From Actinomycetes bacterium (lineage in GTDB: Bacteria; Actinomycetota; Acidimicrobiia; Acidimicrobiales; JABEUL01): a stretch of DNA of 64,000 nt. Under the pieces are notes generated by a model. That model was not told the origin of the DNA, did not search any database, and was given only the letters and a program-made list of their open reading frames with translations. Positions 59,694 through 64,000 of the stretch are shown here, in pieces. A program made the position numbers and the translations under genes. The stretch is from assembly GCA_021852345.1 (NCBI GenBank), contig JAJZNL010000055.1, positions 29,070 to 93,069 on the forward strand, given 5' to 3'. Within the stretch, counting starts at the first letter, position 1. Every line of letters begins with the position of its first letter.

Positions 59694-60641
59694 ATGGCCA
59701 CACTCACTTCTAAAACTGACGAACAACTTCTGGAGGAATTAATTCCAGAAGCCGAAAGATTAATCAATCGACACTTTGGTGTTCAAAAGGAATGGTTCCC
59801 TCACGAATTTATACCGTGGGAGGAAGCCGCAAATCTGGACGAAAACGGTAACTGCCCAGAATCTGACGTTATTGACGAGGGAACTAAATCTGCATTATAT
59901 GTAAATTTACTGACGGAAGACAACCTCCCCTATTACTATAACGACGTCAACAGAATGTTCGGCACAAATGATACTTGGCGATACTGGACCAGACGTTGGA
60001 CTGCAGAAGAAGGCAGACATTCAATAGTAATCAGAGACTACATTACCGTAAAGGGATTAATTGATCCCAAGGAACTCGAAAGAGCCAGAATGTTCCAGGT
60101 TGAAGGCGGTGAAACGCCGCATCCCCAGGGGATCCGTGACGGATTTGCCTATCTGGCGATGCAGGAATTGGCAACCAGAATCAGCCATCACAATACCGGC
60201 AAAAAACTTCCAGATAAAAATGGGCAGGCTCTTATGAGACGTGTGGCCATCGACGAAAACCTCCATTACCTGTTCTATAGAGACATGGCGACTGCAACCT
60301 TAGAGGAAAATCCCTCCGCCACTGTCGAAGCAATTAACAGGCAAATCACAAACTTTAAAATGCCGGGAACAGGCATAAAAGACTTTGTCAAACATTCCAG
60401 AAAGATTGCAAAAGCAGGAATTTATAATTTTGCAATCCACAGCGAAAATATAGTAAAACCGCTGGTTTATGGCCATTGGAAGATTGACAAGCTTTCGAAT
60501 TTAACCGATGCCGCAAAAGCAGCTCAGGAAAACATTATTAAATTTACGGAAAAGATTTCAAAGATTGCACAAAAACTAATTTCAGCCGAAGGCACATCAA
60601 TATCTGACAGCTCTGATTCGGAGTCACAAGAAAATCCTTAA
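59694..60641 (+). CDS. Acyl-ACP desaturase (soluble di-iron, DesA-like)
   Basis: TAEEGRHS and IDENLHY di-iron ligand motifs, 315 aa. Confidence 0.88.
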   Translation: MATLTSKTDEQLLEELIPEAERLINRHFGVQKEWFPHEFIPWEEAANLDENGNCPESDVIDEGTKSALYVNLLTEDNLPYYYNDVNRMFGTNDTWRYWTRRWTAEEGRHSIVIRDYITVKGLIDPKELERARMFQVEGGETPHPQGIRDGFAYLAMQELATRISHHNTGKKLPDKNGQALMRRVAIDENLHYLFYRDMATATLEENPSATVEAINRQITNFKMPGTGIKDFVKHSRKIAKAGIYNFAIHSENIVKPLVYGHWKIDKLSNLTDAAKAAQENIIKFTEKISKIAQKLISAEGTSISDSSDSESQENP

Positions 60642-60722
60642 AATTTCGATAATGACTTTAATTAAATGAGTTCTAAACGGATAAGGTTAATTTGAGACTG
60701 TAAATCATCGTCGTTTTATTTC

Positions 60723-62789
60723 ATGAAACCCCCTAAAGCCGAACGCATAAAAAAAGAACTGACCGCATTTTCCGACACTCGAATTGACGATTATTATTGG
60801 TTGGCAAACCGGCAAGACGAAAGAGTATTAAAGTTACTCAATTCCGAAAATGCATACTATGCGGAAAATATTGAATCCTACAAACCTTTAATAGAAACAA
60901 TCTATAGCGAGATTGTTTCTACGATCGTAGAAGATGTCAGGACCGTACCCGTCAAAATCAAAGATTGGGTTTACCTAGTTCGGTACGAAAAAAACCTTCA
61001 GTACCCTATCTATACCAGAAAACCCTTTATTGGCGATATTTCCATGCGAATTCCCACTCCCGGCGAAGGTATGGACGTTGATGAAATTGAGTTGTTGGAT
61101 GTAAACAAGATTTCAAAAGATTACGAGTTCTTCAACTTGGGTGATCTTCAAATAAGTATAGATTCAAATACCATGGCGTACTCTTATGATACGGACGGAT
61201 CGGAAACTTATAACGCAAAGATAATCGATTTAAAAAATGACAATGAAATTGATCAACTATTAAATATCTATTCAACTCTCGTGTGGCATAAAGATAATAA
61301 GCATATTTATTATCTGAAACTGGATGATGAGATGCGACCTTTTCAAGTATGGTGCCATACGATAGGACAAGATCAGCAAAATGATTTACTTATATATGAA
61401 GAGCAAGATGATGCATATTTCGTAGATGTCTCCGCCACTAAAGATGACAGATATATCATAATAAGTTCTAACTCTAAAATTACCTCCGATGTTCACCTTA
61501 TAAATTCAGACGTCGGTTTCGCTGAGATTCGTCGCTTTACGGCTAAAGTTAACGGTCACGAATATCACGTTGAACACCTAGGCAATCGTTTTTATATTGT
61601 TACAAATTTAAATGCCATAAATTTCAAAGTTATGTCCTGTGGGGAGGATTCAACCAGAATGAATTCTTGGATAGAACTTACCGAACATCAAGAAAATGTC
61701 AGAGTAGAATCTTTGGAGACCTTCAAAGATCATCTTGTTATCTCGAAAAGATCTAACGCTGATACATATTTTGAGATAATTGATTTATCCACCCAACAAA
61801 GACATGAATTTAAGGGATCTAAAGAGTTTTCAACGGTATATTTAAACGTTAATCCCGATATAGATGCCGTTACCTTAAGATACTCCGAACAATCCTTAAA
61901 ATATCCCGAAGCGATCTACGAACTAAATCTTAACGATAAATCCACGAGGTTATTGTGGCAGCGACCGTTTAACAACTTTAATCCTGAAGACTATGCTACA
62001 AACAGGTATTTTGCCGTTTCCAAAGACGGAACAGAAATTCCCTATACAATAATCTACAAGACAGCAGGCGACATCACCGATAGACCTTGCCTGCTTTACG
62101 CATACGGTGCATATGAGATTTCTTTGGATCCATGGTTTTCTCCGTCAAGGCTTTCACTCCTAAACAGAGGATATATATTTGCCGTCGCTCATGCAAGAGG
62201 CGGTGGAGAGAACGGAAGACTATGGTATGAAAACGGTAAGAGAAACAACAAGATGAATACCTTTTATGACGTCATTGCCGTTGCTACAGACCTAATTGAC
62301 AAAGACCTCACGTCGGCAACCAAGTTAGCTCTGCGAGGAGGTTCGGCCGGCGGTTTAACAGTAGGTGCGGTAATCAACATGGCCGGCGAACTTTTTAAAG
62401 CGGCAATTGCCGAAGTACCTTTTGTGGATACCCTAACTACGATGTCAGACCCAGATCTGCCCTTAACTGTGACGGAGTGGGATGAATGGGGGAATCCGTT
62501 GGAAAACAGTGAGGACTATTTCTACATAAAAAACTACTCACCTTATGACAACATCAAAACTGATATGGACTATCCCAAGATTCTCGCCACCGCTGGATTA
62601 AACGATCCAAGAGTTGGGTATTTTGAACCCGCGAAATGGGTTCAAAAACTCAGATATTTGAATCCAAGAAGTCAAGTTTTATTAAAGGTTGAGTTGGGAG
62701 CCGGCCACCAAGGTCCGTCTGGTCGCTATAACGAGTACGAGGAAGAAGCCGAAGTGCTGGCTTTTTTGCTTACCACCTTATCTGAATGA
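60723..62789 (+). CDS. ptrB: Oligopeptidase B / prolyl oligopeptidase family S9A
   Basis: Beta-propeller N-terminal region. RGGSAGGL nucleophile motif, D and H near the C-terminus (GLNDPRV, GAGHQG). Confidence 0.88.
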   Translation: MKPPKAERIKKELTAFSDTRIDDYYWLANRQDERVLKLLNSENAYYAENIESYKPLIETIYSEIVSTIVEDVRTVPVKIKDWVYLVRYEKNLQYPIYTRKPFIGDISMRIPTPGEGMDVDEIELLDVNKISKDYEFFNLGDLQISIDSNTMAYSYDTDGSETYNAKIIDLKNDNEIDQLLNIYSTLVWHKDNKHIYYLKLDDEMRPFQVWCHTIGQDQQNDLLIYEEQDDAYFVDVSATKDDRYIIISSNSKITSDVHLINSDVGFAEIRRFTAKVNGHEYHVEHLGNRFYIVTNLNAINFKVMSCGEDSTRMNSWIELTEHQENVRVESLETFKDHLVISKRSNADTYFEIIDLSTQQRHEFKGSKEFSTVYLNVNPDIDAVTLRYSEQSLKYPEAIYELNLNDKSTRLLWQRPFNNFNPEDYATNRYFAVSKDGTEIPYTIIYKTAGDITDRPCLLYAYGAYEISLDPWFSPSRLSLLNRGYIFAVAHARGGGENGRLWYENGKRNNKMNTFYDVIAVATDLIDKDLTSATKLALRGGSAGGLTVGAVINMAGELFKAAIAEVPFVDTLTTMSDPDLPLTVTEWDEWGNPLENSEDYFYIKNYSPYDNIKTDMDYPKILATAGLNDPRVGYFEPAKWVQKLRYLNPRSQVLLKVELGAGHQGPSGRYNEYEEEAEVLAFLLTTLSE

Positions 62790-62981
62790 AAAGACCTAAG
62801 GTAATATAAATCGACTAGAAGGGTAACAATTCTTACCTGCCGACATTGTATATATCGATGTATATCTCTATACAGGTTACTTTTAATAAAAATCCCGTTA
62901 GAGTGGGCTAACTCAAATATTGAACGATAGGTTTATGCGGACTAAAGGCGCATTCAACCAATTGCGATTCATAAATCGGAT

Positions 62982-63788
62982 TTAACGAAACTCAAAAGTG
63001 CCGTAAGAGCTTCCCTGTGGGAAAGACATGGGAACCCCATTTACCGTTACGCTGGCACCAGTATTACCCAAAATTAGATTTATCGGGCCTGTAACAGTAA
63101 CACTTTGACTGGAGCCTGCGGCCATTGTTTGTCCAACCACATTGGTTGACTTAGAGCTGTTCGGATTCTCAGTAACTTCAACCCAACTGGCTTTAGTCAC
63201 GGTTATATTTAATTTATATTTACCTTGAGGCGCACTGTAAACCACCGCAGATGACGAAACCGAAGAGGGTTGAACTGAAGCAAGTGTTGTGGTCGTAGGT
63301 GGAGTAGACGTGGTTGTCTTGGATTTAGGGACTGTCGTAGAAGGTACTAGTGAATTTGTGCTTTTAGAGCCTGAAGAAGGTGACACAAGTAATATAAAAG
63401 CAGCCACCAAAGCCACTATGATAATTACTGCAGCAAGACCTGTTGCCACAGTAATAATCGGAGGAAGACCAAAAGAATTGTAATATCCTGCAGGAGGCGA
63501 ATCTTCCAGTTTCACTGCTTTTTGAACATACGTGTTTGGTCCGCCGTAATAGTTATCGTCATATTCTTGATCGTCATCGGCGAACCCACGATCCTTTTCG
63601 GATGATCCGGTCTGTTTGATCTTATTTTGAACTAGACCCGTGCGGGTTCCATCGGTAACCCTTTTAATACCTTCGATACGCTTGGAATGAGACTTGATAT
63701 GACCCGACGTAGAATCCGATCCGAAGGCAAATCTCCAGATTACAATCACTACTGCAATCATGAGCAAAATTATTGCTACCAAAAGCAT
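62982..63788 (-). CDS. Membrane protein with a C-terminal DUF4115 (RodZ C-terminal-like) domain
   Basis: Two hydrophobic helices, an S/T/P-rich linker, then YKLNITVTKASWVEVTE...INLILGNTGASVTVNGVPM, which matches the DUF4115 pattern. No HTH visible. Confidence 0.6.
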   Translation of the reverse strand: MLLVAIILLMIAVVIVIWRFAFGSDSTSGHIKSHSKRIEGIKRVTDGTRTGLVQNKIKQTGSSEKDRGFADDDQEYDDNYYGGPNTYVQKAVKLEDSPPAGYYNSFGLPPIITVATGLAAVIIIVALVAAFILLVSPSSGSKSTNSLVPSTTVPKSKTTTSTPPTTTTLASVQPSSVSSSAVVYSAPQGKYKLNITVTKASWVEVTENPNSSKSTNVVGQTMAAGSSQSVTVTGPINLILGNTGASVTVNGVPMSFPQGSSYGTFEFR

Positions 63789-63830
63789 CCAAATACATCC
63801 TTTTTTGTTAAATAGATTGTTTCACCTATC

Positions 63831-64000
63831 TTACGTCCTCATCGGGAAATGCGGTACCAAATGACTAGGAATATCCTTATAATGCGGATTATTCATATCC
63901 CGATTTGAAACAATCGGATCTTGTATTCCCCAATCTATATTAAGTTCTGGGTCATTAAATGCAACTCCATTTTCATCATTTTGGTTATAGTAACCGTCGA
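63831..64000 (-). CDS. rmlC: dTDP-4-dehydrorhamnose 3,5-epimerase, C-terminal fragment (5' end beyond the window)
   Basis: Manual translation gives ...DGYYNQNDENGVAFNDPELNIDWGIQDPIVSNRDMNNPHYKDI...*, with TAA at 63833-63831. It matches the RmlC C-terminal pattern (NDPxLxIxW...S.KD). Confidence 0.65.
   Translation of the reverse strand, partial: DGYYNQNDENGVAFNDPELNIDWGIQDPIVSNRDMNNPHYKDIPSHLVPHFPMRT

Overview
This 64 kb window reads as a low-GC (roughly 40% by eye) Actinomycetota-like chromosomal segment. About 55 genes are present, roughly 85% on the minus strand, many joined by 1-11 nt overlaps. No searches or folding could be run, so every call rests on motifs read from the supplied translations and on manual sequence reading.

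Main blocks:
- Lipid beta-oxidation-like operon (1-4968): acyl-CoA dehydrogenase, acyl-CoA ligase, SCP-x-type thiolase and a nitroreductase.
- AT-rich islet (4969-6578) with two orphan ORFs.
- MFS transporter convergent with a GT4 glycosyltransferase that carries a canonical C-terminal PilZ domain (RRSADR and DLSTTG motifs).
- The conserved actinobacterial eno-ftsB-DUF501-ppx locus, split by an xanthine dehydrogenase/CO dehydrogenase-family cluster. The cluster holds a form-II-type large subunit (AYRGAGR), a 2Fe-2S subunit, an FAD subunit, XdhC, a MobA-like gene and a CoxG-like gene. The CoxG-like protein has about 480 aa of acidic low-complexity sequence and a C-terminal transmembrane anchor.
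- marR plus a DHA2 efflux pump, a sortase-like protein, ppgK, a Rv2466c-like thioredoxin-fold protein with a monothiol CPWA motif, and an S45 acylase with no signal peptide.
- A complete nuoA-N operon (32825-48664).
- A dispersed haem cluster (hemA, hemC, cobA, hemD, hemB, hemL) interrupted by pirin, dedA and a geranylgeranyl reductase.
- Acyl-ACP desaturase, oligopeptidase B, a DUF4115 membrane protein and a partial rmlC.

I found no tRNA or rRNA genes, CRISPR arrays, transposases, integrases or prophage genes.

Strongest second-look candidates:
- the GT4-PilZ fusion;
- the membrane-tethered acidic CoxG-like protein and the insertion of its cluster into a cell-division/glycolysis operon;
- a 596 bp convergent intergenic region (29488-30083) with a multi-hairpin architecture closed by an 11 bp helix, which suggests an unclassified structured RNA.
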